Assembly (NCBI RefSeq): GCF_006345805.1
Contig: NC_043006.1
Location: 14,880,001 to 14,944,000, forward strand
Direction of reading: 5' to 3'
Length of the DNA stretch: 64,000 nucleotides
From: Octopus sinensis
Lineage: Eukaryota
Made by a program: the position numbers and the translations under genes. This document shows, piece after piece, positions 48,926 to 60,989 of this stretch (the stretch's first letter is position 1; each line of letters begins with the position of its first letter). The notes beneath the pieces were generated by a model. That model had not been told where the DNA came from. It did not search any database and saw nothing but the letters and a program-made list of their open reading frames with translations.

Positions 48926-49351
48926 GGCGATCTTTCGTCTCTAGTAGACCTTTCCGTCGATTTCCGTAAAAAAAATTTTTTTTTTTTACATATGGGCTTG
49001 CGGGAACTTTTGAAGAAGTAATATACATACATATACACATACACCGAGTAAAAAATTCCAGTTATCTCTTTCTTTCACACATTACTCTGTCTCTTCACAC
49101 ACACTAACAGAAGCACTTCACTTACACAACATACTTTCTGTCTCCCACACCCCATCAAACACACACACACACATGTACATCAATGCTTCCCATGCACGGT
49201 AACTTCAAAAGAACTTCCCTCGTCATACAATCGCTTTCTCTTATTCTCTTTCGCTCTCATTACTTCAAAAGTTCCCGCAAGCCCATATGTAAAAAAAAAA
49301 ATTTTTTTTACGGAAATCGACGGAAAGGTCTACTAGAGACGAAAGATTGCC
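48926..49351. mobile_element. MITE with ~95-bp TIRs (GGCGATC...GATTGCC) and a perfect 9-bp TSD
   Basis: TSD cagcaagtc at 48917-48925 and 49352-49360; MULE- or Merlin-like. Confidence 0.9.
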
Positions 49352-49654
49352 CAGCAAGTCTGGTCTTTAAGTAGATTCGTGAAAGCAACGGTCGAATATG
49401 TTGCTTGTTGTTTTATATGTTCAGCATACCTGGAGGGAGCTTTTATTCATTGCTTTCATAGATATTTCCCGATAATACAAGTTTGTTTCTTTTTCCGCTC
49501 ACTAGTATATATATTTGACATTGCCGTATGAGTACTTAGCATACGGAGATTCTCAGTTTCCTTCGCACTACTATCAGAATTTAAAAAAACATCTACTACA
49601 GTGATGTAGTTTTGCATGTTAATGAAAACCACATTCATTCCTTGTCGAAATTAA

Positions 49655-50008
49655 GGATCTTTTTGGTTTGAACGGCAGTTTTTTCTAGCGGTGTCATATA
49701 AAATTGTCACCCATAATTATGACCCTAGTATCGATCTATTGCATTTCAACCGGTTTTAGGGTTAGGGTTAGTTAGGGTTAGGGGTGGGGGAAGGGTATCT
49801 TTTTTTCTTCAGAAATGTAAATAAACCCAATCTTAAATGAGGGACAAAGAAAAAAAAACAACAAATATCTTACAAACTATAGAATTTTCTCAATAAAGCC
49901 AAGAGTAAAAGATGTTTTATAAACACATTCTACCAGTATACGAAGTTTTAAAGTGTTTAGTTACGTGGAAATTATTTTTAAAAACTGCCGTTCAAACCGA
50001 AAAGATCC
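49655..50008. mobile_element. MITE with GGATCTTTT(C/T)GGTTTGAACGGCAG TIRs and internal TTAGGG repeats
   Basis: TIRs present; imperfect 8-bp TSD gaaattaa/caaattaa. Confidence 0.8.
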
Positions 50009-50202
50009 CAAATTAATGACAATGAATTTACAAACTTTTGTAAGTTTGAAATATTAGCTAGTCCAAAGCCTCCACTAACGTCATACCGGAAATCGCACTT
50101 GCCTAGCAATGAAATTATGTTTTCAGAACAGCAATAATAACCACTTGTCATCTATTTCATGTTTGTTTTTTCAACCGGGTCTCCAGCAAAGTGAATTTTG
50201 TT

Positions 50203-50394
50203 GGCGTAATTTCGTTTTGACTCGAATTTCGTCAACAAATTTCTCGGTAATTTCTGTGAACACGTGTTAACTTGTCAACTGTCAGTTAACGTATCGAAGC
50301 GGACAGTGGAAGCTAATGGGTTGTACGTGCATGCGTACTTGTTCCTCTGTCTGTGTGTACGTGTGTACATGCTTGTTCTTGTTTGTTTGTCTGT

Positions 50395-50431
<37 letters not shown>

Positions 50432-50827
50432 CGTGCTTGTTCTTCTGTCTGTGTGTACGTGCTTGTTCTTTGTGTGTGTGTGTGTGTGTATACCTGTTCT
50501 GTTTTTAGAGGAACAAGCACACACACACATACACACACACACACGCGCGAAGAACAAGCACGTACACACAGACAGAGGATCAAGCACGCACACACACACA
50601 AAAAGAACAAGCACGTACACACAGACAGAAGAACAAGCACGCACGTTCGCACACACACACAACACACACACACACACAGACAGAGGAACAAGCACGCACG
50701 CGCATGCAACCCATTAGCTTCCACTGTCCGCTTCGATACGTTAACTGACAGTTGACAAGTTAACACGTGTTCACAGAAAATACCGAGAAATTTGTTGACA
50801 AAGTTTGAGTCAAAACGAAATTGCGCC
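50203..50827. mobile_element. Foldback element (whole length palindromic, internal tandem subrepeats) with 8-bp TSD
   Basis: GGCG...CGCC ends; TSD attttgtt at 50195-50202 and 50828-50835. Confidence 0.85.
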
Positions 50828-50994
50828 ATTTTGTTTTTATTATCTTTCATTTTTTAAATGCAATTGCTTTATATTTATTTTACAAAACGAGCGTTTGAAG
50901 AATGAATTTCCGAAATTTGTGAGATATGAAGACGAAATATATATTTTTAAAGACAAAGGGGTTATACCGAAGATGTATCGAAGTTAACAAGCCA

Positions 50995-51195
50995 TCTATT
51001 ACATTAAAGAAACTATTAACAAAGGCAAAATTCATCATGAACAAGCAGGATAAAACATTCACTGTATCAAAGTGTAATGATAACAGATGTTGAACGTGCC
51101 AATACATGCATACGTGTACTCCGTCAGAACAAAGAAGGGACAGATTTTCGCAAATGCAGATATGAACTGCAAAAGCAGAAATTTGATCTACTGTA
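50995..51195 (+). mobile_element. Penelope-like ORF fragment, same family as 46.7 kb
   Basis: aaagaaactattaacaaag...gtaatgataacagatg...aactgcaaaagcagaaatttgatctactg. Confidence 0.75.
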
Positions 51196-51354
51196 GTAAA
51201 ATTCCTGTAGAGTAAAAAAAAAAAAAAATTGTCACTGTGTGGAAAGTAAAAAGAGATGGTTAGCACTCCCCTTGACAAGGACGGAAGAGATCAATCGATC
51301 TTTCTAACACATATGGGCATTGCTCTCTACTTAAGAGCAACCTATTTTTTTTTA

Positions 51355-51715
51355 TAGGCGTAGGAGCGGTTGCGTGGTAAGTAGCTTGCTTACCAACCAC
51401 ATGGTTCCGGGTTCAGTCCGACTGCGTGGCACCTTGTGTAAGTGTCTTCTACTATAGCCTCAGGCCGACCAAAGCCTTGTGAGTGGATTTGGTAGATGGA
51501 AACTGAAAGAAGCCCGTCGTATATATGTATATATACATCGCTTGACAACCGATGCTGTTGTGTTTACGTCCCCGTAACTTAGCGGTTCGGCAAAAGAGAC
51601 TGATAGAATAAGTACTAGGCTTACAAAGAATAAGTCCCGGGGTAGATTTGCTCGATCGACTAAAGGCGATGCTACAGCATGGCCACAATCAAATGACTGA
51701 AACAAGTAAAAGAGA
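51355..51715 (+). mobile_element. SINE type B
   Basis: Head to tail. Confidence 0.8.
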
Positions 51716-51893
51716 GGAACCATCGTGGGACTAACGATGAAGGTGAGGCTAATAGAGAAAAAATAGAATTGTTAATCAAGAAAGAAGGTAAGATATGAAC
51801 AATGATGATAGGTAAGAATATTTTTGCACAAACCAGAAGAAAAAAACGTGACCAAAGAGATTAGACAAGATTTCCTACAAATTAATCTAAGTA

Positions 51894-52108
51894 GGCGATC
51901 TTTCGGTACAAGTACCATAACTGCCAAGTCTGCTTGTTTACATTTGAAGAAGAAGATCGTCACTTTCCGTAAAGTTTTTTTTTTATATATGTGGGGCTAG
52001 GGTTTGGGTTAGGGGTGGGGGAAAAGGGTTTCTTTTTTCTTCAGAAATGTAAATAAACCCACGTGGGTTTATAATTGGCAGTTATGGTATTTGTACCGAA
52101 AGATCGCC
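51894..52108. mobile_element. Short MITE with GGCGATCTTTCGGTAC TIRs
   Basis: ~33-bp TIRs; internal ggtttgggttagggg motif; no clear TSD. Confidence 0.7.
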
Positions 52109-52228
52109 AGTCTTCCTTTCAGAACTCTGGTTTTGTTTCTTTATTCCTGGGTTAAGCAACTGGCCGCCGTCCATTTCTGTGTGGAAGAGTTGCACTTAAC
52201 AGCGGCACAGCTCTTGATTATAACAAAT

Positions 52229-52654
52229 GGATCTTTTCGGTTTGAACGGCAGTTTTTTTCCTAGCGGTGTCATATGAAATTGTCACCCATAATTATGACC
52301 CTAGTATCGATCTATTGCATTTCAGTCTGTTTTGGGGTTAGGGTTAGGGGTGGGGGAAGGGTATCTTTTGTTTCTTCAGAAATGTAAATAAACCCAATCT
52401 GTTTCTTAAACGAGGGACGTATTCATACGGCACAGAATGGTTTTTTTTTTACTTCAATGGACGTCATTGATTGGTTGAAATTGCAGAAATTGAAGAAAAA
52501 AACAACAAATATCTAATAGACTATAGAATTTTCTCAATAAAGTCAAGAGAAAAAGATGTTTTATAAACACATTCTACCAGTATACGAAGTTTAAAAGTGT
52601 TTAGTTACGTGGAAATTATTTTTAAAAAAACTGCCGTTCAAACCGAAAATATCC
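52229..52654. mobile_element. MITE of the GGATC TIR family
   Basis: TIRs present; imperfect 8-bp TSD taacaaat/taacaaac. Confidence 0.8.
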
Positions 52655-53260
52655 TAACAAACAATTGCGTCCACAAAATATGTGCAGACGATCTACTCTG
52701 CAACGCCGTACCCTGTTGTAACCGCAATACTGGAAGTATGCATTGGTGAGTTGGATTTTCTCAAGAATAATTTTATACAGCGGCTTGTGGCGATCTTACT
52801 CGCACACGTACCGGATAAACCTTGTTGGGAGGGTCACTTTGCATTGTTCTGTTTTGTGAGAAATTCAAAGTGTTATATTTTACTTTTTATTCATCTGAAG
52901 AAATCGGTTTTCTTTTTGTATGATGTAACGCTTTTGTTCATCAATAAAGAATTCGTCTGAAAAAGACTCCGTGAACTTTAATGCATGTGTGTTATTGTGT
53001 GTGTATGTATACACACACACACACACACATACACATATATATATATCCAGTAGTGCCTAGATATACAAGTTGATTGGTTTCTGGAAACCGATCGTAAAGC
53101 AGAGCAATAATTTCCCATGGTAGCAACGTTATAAATCGTAATTCGTTCCCACAAAAAATATTTTACCCATAAAATTTATAATACTCGTAAAAAAATGGCA
53201 ATAAAACAACAGCAGAATAAAAAGAATATTTTACATAAAGTAAAAAGAATGTCAAGCTCA

Positions 53261-53655
53261 TCTTTATATATAAAAGAGAGGTTGTGTGCTGTCTGTCTCC
53301 TACGAATTAGATTCCTAGCTACTCCCACATTTTGCGGTGCAGTTTAACCAAAACCGGGTATCTTATAGTCGTGATTCATATCGAGCCCTTCTGGGTATTA
53401 GCGCGCGTCTACGATGAGTCTACGATTTAAAAAAAAATTTACCACCAATTTTTCCCATTTTTAATGCATTTTTGGCATATATAAGGGAAGTAACTCTCTA
53501 AAAATTTAGTATTAAATCTCAGAACGTAAAAAGCTACAGTAACACCCCCCTTTGTGGTTAGCCATATTGAGATGGCTATTATACTTTACATCTCTAAAAA
53601 TGCTTATATAGTTATTTCCCTTACAAACCCGAGCAACGCCGGGCGATACTGCAAG
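53261..53655 (+). mobile_element. Non-autonomous Helitron-like element
   Basis: A|TC start, hairpin, CAAG|T end; homologous to 12558. Confidence 0.75.
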
Positions 53656-54007
53656 TTTATAATAAAAAATACTATTATAATCGTTTTCTGAATTACTTTT
53701 CCTCGCACTAGATTCGCGCACACCATCACTTGTAGACGCGATCGCCGATTCACAAGCACTCGTAGACGGACTTGTAGATTTCTTTAAAAAAAAAAAAACA
53801 AGTCTAGAGTTGTTTGCTTAGAATAAGCTTTTTTTCGCTCTCTATAAATTTCTCGGTAACACACAGAAGCATTTGATATGGCAGTAGAAACTTTTACACT
53901 TTGTTCAAAATTTGAATTTTGTGCTCGAAAAATTTCAGCTCACCATTCAAAGGTGAGCTGAAACCCGGGGTCTCGTAAAGCGGGTCCTCGTAAAATGAGT
54001 TATTAGT

Positions 54008-54069
54008 GTATAACCGAAGAGATGGTGGTGTGGATTTCCACCTCGGCATCCGAAACTCAGAGTTTTATC
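54008..54069 (+). ncRNA. Hammerhead-like motif with extended helix II (sister of 30709)
   Basis: ataa-CCGAAGA-gatg...catc-cGAAA-ctc(a)gag-T-T-ttatc. Confidence 0.45.
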
Positions 54070-54607
54070 TTGGGTACCGAATAATTGTCACATATTATTT
54101 TACAGATAAATGTCCTCTATTTACATAATATGAGGTCTCTTTCTTCTTTTGTTATCTTACCATTTTTACCAATATATATATATATATATATATAGATATA
54201 TATATATATATATATATATATTAAAGGCCGAAACCGAGGTAGCATTTAATTCTGTTTTTTATATAAATTTTCATCTGTCCTGCCCGCCAAATTTGGTTCT
54301 GGTGTTCGCTGTATTTTTCCTCTAGAGAATTTCCTTGTAGTTTGATCGTTGATGATCTATTTCTAGCATACGGCCGACTCCCTAGCAGTCTTGCCCTGCC
54401 AATATACACATATATTAGAATTTTCTCTGACTTCTCAGATTTTTTTGTATGCTGGACTACTGGTTTTAAATTGATATTAAAATTAATATTAATTTATCTC
54501 CCTCATTATTTAAATATATATATATATAGTGTTCGGACAAAGTAATGGAAACACCAATTTTTATTTTTAATTTTTTTTATATTTAACTACTTATTACATT
54601 GTCAATA

Positions 54608-54885
54608 GTGAGGGCGCGTGGCTTAGTGGTTAGGGCATTCGGCTCATGATCGTAAGGTTGTGAGTTCGATTCCCGGCGACGCGTTGTGTCCTTGAGCAAG
54701 ACACTTTATTTCACGTTGCTCCAGTCCACTCAGCTGGCAAAAATGAGTTGTACTTGTATTTCAAAGGATCAGCCTTGTCACTCTCTGTGGAATGCTCAGC
54801 CATTTGCACGTTAATTTCACGAGCAAGCTGTTCCGTTGATCGTATCAGCTGGGACCCTCGACGTCGTAACCGGCAGAGTCTTTAG
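54608..54885 (+). mobile_element. SINE type D with 12-bp TSD
   Basis: TSD acattgtcaata at 54596-54607 and 54886-54897; B-box GAGTTCGATTCC; CORE-like CCTTGAGCAAGACACT. Confidence 0.9.
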
Positions 54886-55170
54886 ACATTGTCAATATAA
54901 CAAATAACTATTCAAGTCTGTACATATGTGTTCATATGTATCATGTATGCCTTATACTTCATAATATAACCCCCTGTTTTCTTTTTCTTTTTTAGCGGAC
55001 ATTCATGTTCAAATAAGTTAAAATGCATGACCTATCTGATTTAATAACGAGAACAAATTATTGGAGCGTGGATGGCCGGATCTTCAGTCACTAAAACTAG
55101 TGAACTGTTTAAATATTTTGAGAGGTGCACTCTCTAAAATCATGTTGGCATTTCAAAAACCAAATTAGAA

Positions 55171-55585
55171 TCACCTCTCTCTTTTACTCTTTTACTTGTT
55201 TCAGTCGTTTGACTGCGGCCATGCTGGAGCACCGCCTTTAGTCGAGCAAATCAACCCCGGGACTTATTCATTGTAAACCCAGTACTTATTCTATCGGTCT
55301 CTTTTGCCGAACCGCTAAGTGACGGGGACGTAAACACACCAGCATCGGTTGTCAAGCAATGCTAGGGGGGACAAACACAGACACACAAACACACACATAC
55401 GTACATATATATATATACATATATACGACAGGCTTCTTTCAGTTTCCGTCTACCAAATCCACTCACAAGGCATTGGTCGGCCCGGGGCTATAGCAGAAGA
55501 CACTTGCCCAAGATGCCACGCAGTGGGACTGAACCCGGAACCATGTTGTTGGTTAGCAAGCTACTTACCACACTCCTGCGCCTCT
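55171..55585 (-). mobile_element. SINE type B inserted in the Tc1 transposase ORF
   Basis: Splits the HTH region from the NSGxK..L..RD.R region. Confidence 0.85.
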
Positions 55586-56289
55586 GACGAGTTTGATTCT
55601 GGACATAAAGTAAAGCTCACAGAGAGGGACCACAGAAAAGTGAAAGGTATTGTGTCTAAAAACCATCGAAATACGGCAGCAGAAGTGAAAGCAGAGCTAA
55701 ACTACCATCACACCAATCCTGTTCCAAACAAAACCATTCCTCATAAGCTTAATAAAGCTGGATACCCCGAGACTGCCATTGCTAAACCTTCTAATGTACC
55801 ACATCAACATTGATGAGAAAATATCTAGACTATAAGAAGTGGTCAAATGCTCAATGGAACAATGAAACCTCAGATGAATCACCACTGACCCTCGGAGTGA
55901 GAATATGTCTGGACACAGCCCAAAGAAACCTTCAACCCTAACTACTTGGTCCCAACTGTGAAGCATGAGAGTGGTTCTGTGATGAATTTGGGCAGCCATA
56001 ACACGGAATTTTCTCGGCGCTTTAAATGTTCTACATGGCTGAAATAATGCCAAGGATTATCCGAGCATAGGATTTTGGCTGTTCATGTCCATCTTAAGGA
56101 CAAAAATTGTTCGCCGATGGTAGCACAACTCCCTATTAAACAATAAACTAATGTAGCGACGGACGAATAATAATAATAATGTTTTCTTTAACAACTAATG
56201 GTTCACAAAATACTTTGGGGACGGTACAAAAGAATACAATGTGGGGTTACATAAAAGGAGTGGTAAAAAATAGTAATAAAATTGTAATA

Positions 56290-57545
56290 TTGAATAATTC
56301 CCCAAAACAGGGAAACTTCCGAGGGCTGCTTGAGGAGACCCCACAAAACCACAGTCGTTTCGACTACTAGAGTAAGTGCAATCTCTACACCGTTTTCCTT
56401 CAACCTTCTGGTGCAGGCTTAGACCATTATTACAACATCTACTCACCTTTTAACACTTCCCTCTCTACCTTCATTTTCCTTTCCAAAGAGATGAAGCCCC
56501 TTAAATCATGTCTATCACACAGCCACTTTCGCTAAGGCCACTAGACAAAGAAACACAGCCTGCCTTTCCCGGCTGAAGGAAGGGTGAGGGACGATCTTCA
56601 CGGTGGACTCAGCCGATAGCCAAATCCGTCCTACACGTGACAGCAAGTACTCGACATAAACCCACAAGTCAGCAATGCTCGGGTACTGGACGGGAGCGTG
56701 CAGAACTGTTTCGTCGTTCTGCGCGAATCTGCACAGGGACGGCTGACGGCACTTCCGTGCCTGTAGAATTTATCACGAACAAGTAATACTGCAAGGCCAA
56801 GGATTTCTGAAAATTACCATAGGCCCTCGCCCGAAAGTCCTCCGGAACAGACCAGCCAACTGATTCTTGTCGACGCCCAGAATCTCACCGAAAACATCGT
56901 CATGCTTGTCTGCCACCAACCCTCTATAGAACGCCTGAGTGGAACTTCCACCGACCTCTTTGCCCGACTGACAGAGGGCTGCGAGCGCCTTACAACACTT
57001 TAGATGTCAGGCGTCCTGCAGCGGTCTACGCTTGAACCAGGATTGCAGCTCAGTCAAAGAGACGAGCTGTGGAAAATCCTGTCTGATAAACAGCGAACAC
57101 ACCTGCTCACCCTCAAGGAAGCGCTGGAGATGCCGCATTCTCTCAACGCCTAATTTCCGTAGTAGTGTCTCAAGAGCCAGTGCATACAGAAGAGAAAAGA
57201 GCAGACACCCTTGCCGGACCGAGCGCATGATGCTAAAGGCTCTGATAGGTAAACATTCACCCGAACTACCAAGGAGATGTCACTGTACATTGCAGCGATC
57301 CAGCCACAGAAAACGGGATCGAAATTAGCCGCCAAGTATTGGTGGTCAATCCCATCGAAGGGTTTAAATTGATCCAAATTGATCAGGGCCCCACCCATGC
57401 CAGCTTCTTTACCCACTTTGTCTATGACTTATCGTATGCGATGAAGGTTGTGGATGAATCTGCTTGGAATTGCGCATCCTCAATCAGTTCTTCGACGACA
57501 AGCGCCAACCTTTTTGCTAACAACTTAACCAAAATTGTTGCTGTT
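56290..57545 (-). mobile_element. Tx1/L1-like LINE fragment (RT plus 3' end, internally deleted)
   Basis: LAKRLALVVE; LINLDQ.K.FD.IDHQYL; WIAAMYS...VRVN..LSEP; RSVRQGC...LYALALE.LLRKL. Confidence 0.75.
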
Positions 57546-58489
57546 GCTTCTACTGTTATTGTTGTCGTTGTTGTTACTGCTGTAGGTGCTACTGTAATTG
57601 CAGTTGCTGCTATCGTCATTGTTGTTTTTGCAGCTGTAGTGGTCATCTGCCTCTGCCGTTGCTGTTGTTGTTGTTGTGATGATGGTGGTGGGGAGTCTCG
57701 CTTCTCTCTTTTATTTTGGGCAAAAGGTCTTCAGATGATTTGTGTTTCCACGCAGATGACACCTCGGCTTTCTACCCTCAACGGCCACGTGGAGGTTGCT
57801 GCCATCTGGGAAATTTATAAGGTCTGAGATTGTTTCCAGAAATTTGCGATCTACTTTCACCCACAACTCCAAGCCTTGCCTCAACCAGTTTTGGTTTTGC
57901 AGTTTCCGTACCAGCAGGATGTTTGTTTTGTCCTCTCTGTCTCTATACTGTTTTTATTTTGATTTACAAAATCCATCGCTTCACTGTTTCACAATAATGA
58001 AATTGATGGATACAGTTTGTCTACAGTCCGATGAATATTCTGTAATCGGATGTTTCTCTATTTCTTTAATTTCATGCTGTTTGGCCCCCGTGCCGGTTGT
58101 ACGTAAAAGCACCCACTACACTCTCGGAGTGGTTGGCATTAGGAAGGGCATCCAGCTGCAGAAACTCTGCCAGATCAAGATTGAAGCCTGGTGCAGCCAT
58201 CTGGTTCGCCGGCCCTCAGTCAAATCGTCCAACCCATGCTAGCATGGAAAGCAGACGTTAAACGATGATGATGATGATGATGATGTTGATGATGATGTTG
58301 CTGTTTTTGAAGTTGTTGATCTTGTTCTTGTTGTTTTTGTTGGAGTGGTTGTGGATTGTGTTGCAGTTATGGTTTCAGAAAAAGTTTTTATTTCTTGGAG
58401 TAGGGCTACCTACTCTCCTCCTCTTTCGCCGACCCGCTTTTGTTACTGTGATCCATTGATCGTTCAGCTCTTCCTTCTCCATGTCATTG

Positions 58490-58873
58490 CAGTTGATGTT
58501 TGCTTGTTTGTTTGTTGAGCGAAGCGGTCTTCGTCCCAGTGGGAGAAGTCCGAAACGTGGTCCTTTGCTATTCGTAAGACCCGCAGAAAAGAAAGCAGGT
58601 CAACCCCCGACACCGAGAGCATCGACAGATGGATGAATGCGCACCCAGAGTCAGCGGTTGCATAGGAAGTCGGGGACAAGAAACAGGAAGAAAGAGTGAG
58701 AGAAAGTTGGAGCGATAGAGTACAACAGGGGATCGCCACCACCCCCTGCCGGTGTATCGTGGAGCTTTGGGTGTTTTCGCTCAATAAACACACACAACGC
58801 CCGGTCTGGGAATCGAAACCGCGATCCTCCGACTGCGAGTCCGCTGCCCTTACCACTGGGCCAATGCGCCTCC
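58490..58873 (-). mobile_element. SINE type C head with a different tail
   Basis: Head GGAGGCGCATTGGCCCAGTGG; the tail differs from the copies at 22.0 and 29.3 kb. Confidence 0.7.
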
Positions 58874-59667
58874 ACTGTGGTTGCTGCTGCTGTCACTGCT
58901 GCTGCTGTTGTTCTCTTTGTTGACACCTAAAGTTTTGACGTTGCTTAGAGACGAAACATTTTCCGCCACGGTGACGTCATTAAGCTTAGACCATTCGCCG
59001 TTCTCATCTCTTTCCTTGTTCTCAAAATTTCTCAAGGAGCGCGTTCATTTATCGAACATTATGATGGCTTCTTTATCAGCCATCTTCAAAAAAAGAAAAA
59101 AAAAAAACTGCAGAAAATTGCGAAATATCTGTTTTTTCCGAAAGCAATTAAAATTCAAAAACTATTTATGCGCACTCCTTGCAAAAACAGAGTGGAGGAG
59201 GGGGGGGGGTGTTTCTGCACAAAATTACTATCTGCACAATCCAGACAATATCCGAAATGTAATGGTAACAACAGAAATGAAAAGACCGAAGGCCGAAAAG
59301 ATTGCAAATACTTTTTCAACTTACGGAGCACCAAATTTCCGTTACTTCACAGTATAGTGGCCATAACAACAACAACAACAACAATAATAATAATAAAGAT
59401 AATAATGATACTACTAATACTAATACTAATAATAATTAATTCGTTTATTGGCCACAAGGGCTGACAAAAATTTAATTAAAACATAAAGGGACAAAACACA
59501 GGACGAAAGTTACAAAGGGTTTTGTCCATTTGAAAAAAAAACCGTGTAAAAATTCCAGAGATAACAACGAAAATATAATAATTGAAATTCCCAATAGGAG
59601 GAAGCACTTCAAAATTTATTCGTAGAAAAACCCATAAAAGCCACGGGAGCCTGGTCAAAAGGGCGGA

Positions 59668-59668
59668 A

Positions 59669-59727
<59 letters not shown>

Positions 59728-59885
59728 GTAATAATAATAATAATAGTAATAATAATAATAATAATGATAATAATAATAATAATAATAATAGTAATAATAA
59801 TAATAATAATGATAATAATAATAATAATAGTAATAATAATAATAATAATGATAATAATAATAATAATAATAATAATAGTAATAAT

Positions 59886-59920
<35 letters not shown>

Positions 59921-60117
59921 TAATAAAAAACTTTTTTTTTTTAGACATTCATTAGTACAACATCCCCACCCCCCAAATATATGGCACACTAGGCATAACA
60001 ACAACATGAACTTCCAACCCTGTTGTCTCTTGAGGTCTCTGGGTGAGACTTGGAGCCAACTTGTACAAATATAAAGCAAAAGTCAAACATAGAATAATAA
60101 TAATAATAATAATAATA

Positions 60118-60149
<32 letters not shown>

Positions 60150-60227
60150 GTAATAATAATAATAATAATGATAATAATAATAATAGTAATAATAATAATA
60201 ATAATGATAATAATAATAATAATAACA
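59668..60227. repeat. Long (AAT)n microsatellite tracts
   Basis: Tracts at 59668-59912 and 60092-60227. Confidence 0.95.
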
Positions 60228-60229
60228 AT

Positions 60230-60418
60230 CCTTTCTACTATAGGTACAAGGCCCGAAATTTTTGGGGAATGGGGTTAGTCGATTACATCGACTCAGTGCA
60301 TAACTGGTAGGTACTTATTTCATCGACCCCGAAAGGATGAAAGGGAAGTCAACCTCAGCGGAATTTGAACACAGATCGTAAGGACGGGCGAAATGCCGCT
60401 AAACATTTGCTCGGCGTG
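60230..60418 (-). mobile_element. SINE type A
   Basis: Core and B-box present; further copies at 62215-62880. Confidence 0.75.
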
Positions 60419-60634
60419 GATGATGATGATGATGATGATGATGATAACGGACGACGACGATGATGATTTTTTATTAACCATTAGGGGTTTACAATGATTT
60501 TTTATTAACCATTAGGGGTTTACAATGATCGAGAACGGTAGGGGACGAGGCAATGTGGTGTTTATATGAAAGAGCGAACAAACAGAAGAATAGCAGCAAC
60601 AATAGATTCCAACAATCAATAATTCCCCCAAAAG

Positions 60635-60988
60635 GAGGCGCAATGGCCCAGTGGTTAGGGCAGCGGACTCGCGGTCGTAGGATCGCGGTTTCCATTCCCA
60701 GACCGGGCGTTGTGAGTGTTTATTGAGCGAAAACACCTAAAAAGCTCCACGAGGCTCCGGCAGAGGGTGGTGGTGATCCCTGCTGTACTCTTTCACCACA
60801 ACTTTCTCTCACTCTTACTTCCTGTTTCTGTTGTACCTGTATTTCAAAGGGCCGGCCTTGTCACTCTCTGTGTCATGCTGAATATCCCCGAGAACTACGT
60901 TAAGGGTACACGTGTCTGTGGAGTGCTCAGCCACTTACACGTTAATTTCACGGGCAGGCTGTTCCGTTGATCGGAATTGTGCTTCCAC
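60635..60988 (+). mobile_element. SINE with type C head and type D tail, 14-bp TSD
   Basis: TSD aattcccccaaaag at 60621-60634 and 60989-61002. Confidence 0.85.
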
Positions 60989-60989
60989 A

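Larger units (their letters stand above)
54527..56150 (+). mobile_element. Degenerate Tc1-like transposon with two nested SINEs
   Basis: MHDLSD..REQIIGAWMAGSSVTKT (55023-); SGHKVKLTERDHRKVKGIVSKNHRNTAAEVKAELN; SDES; LVPTVKHESGSVM. 3' TIR not confidently found. Confidence 0.8.

Noticed and set aside
49757-49790. TTAGGG repeats as a telomere or chromosome fusion site
   Set aside because: Only a few units, internal to a dispersed MITE family.
59609-60228. Poly-Leu/Ile ORFs resembling membrane proteins
   Set aside because: Translations of (AAT)n tracts.
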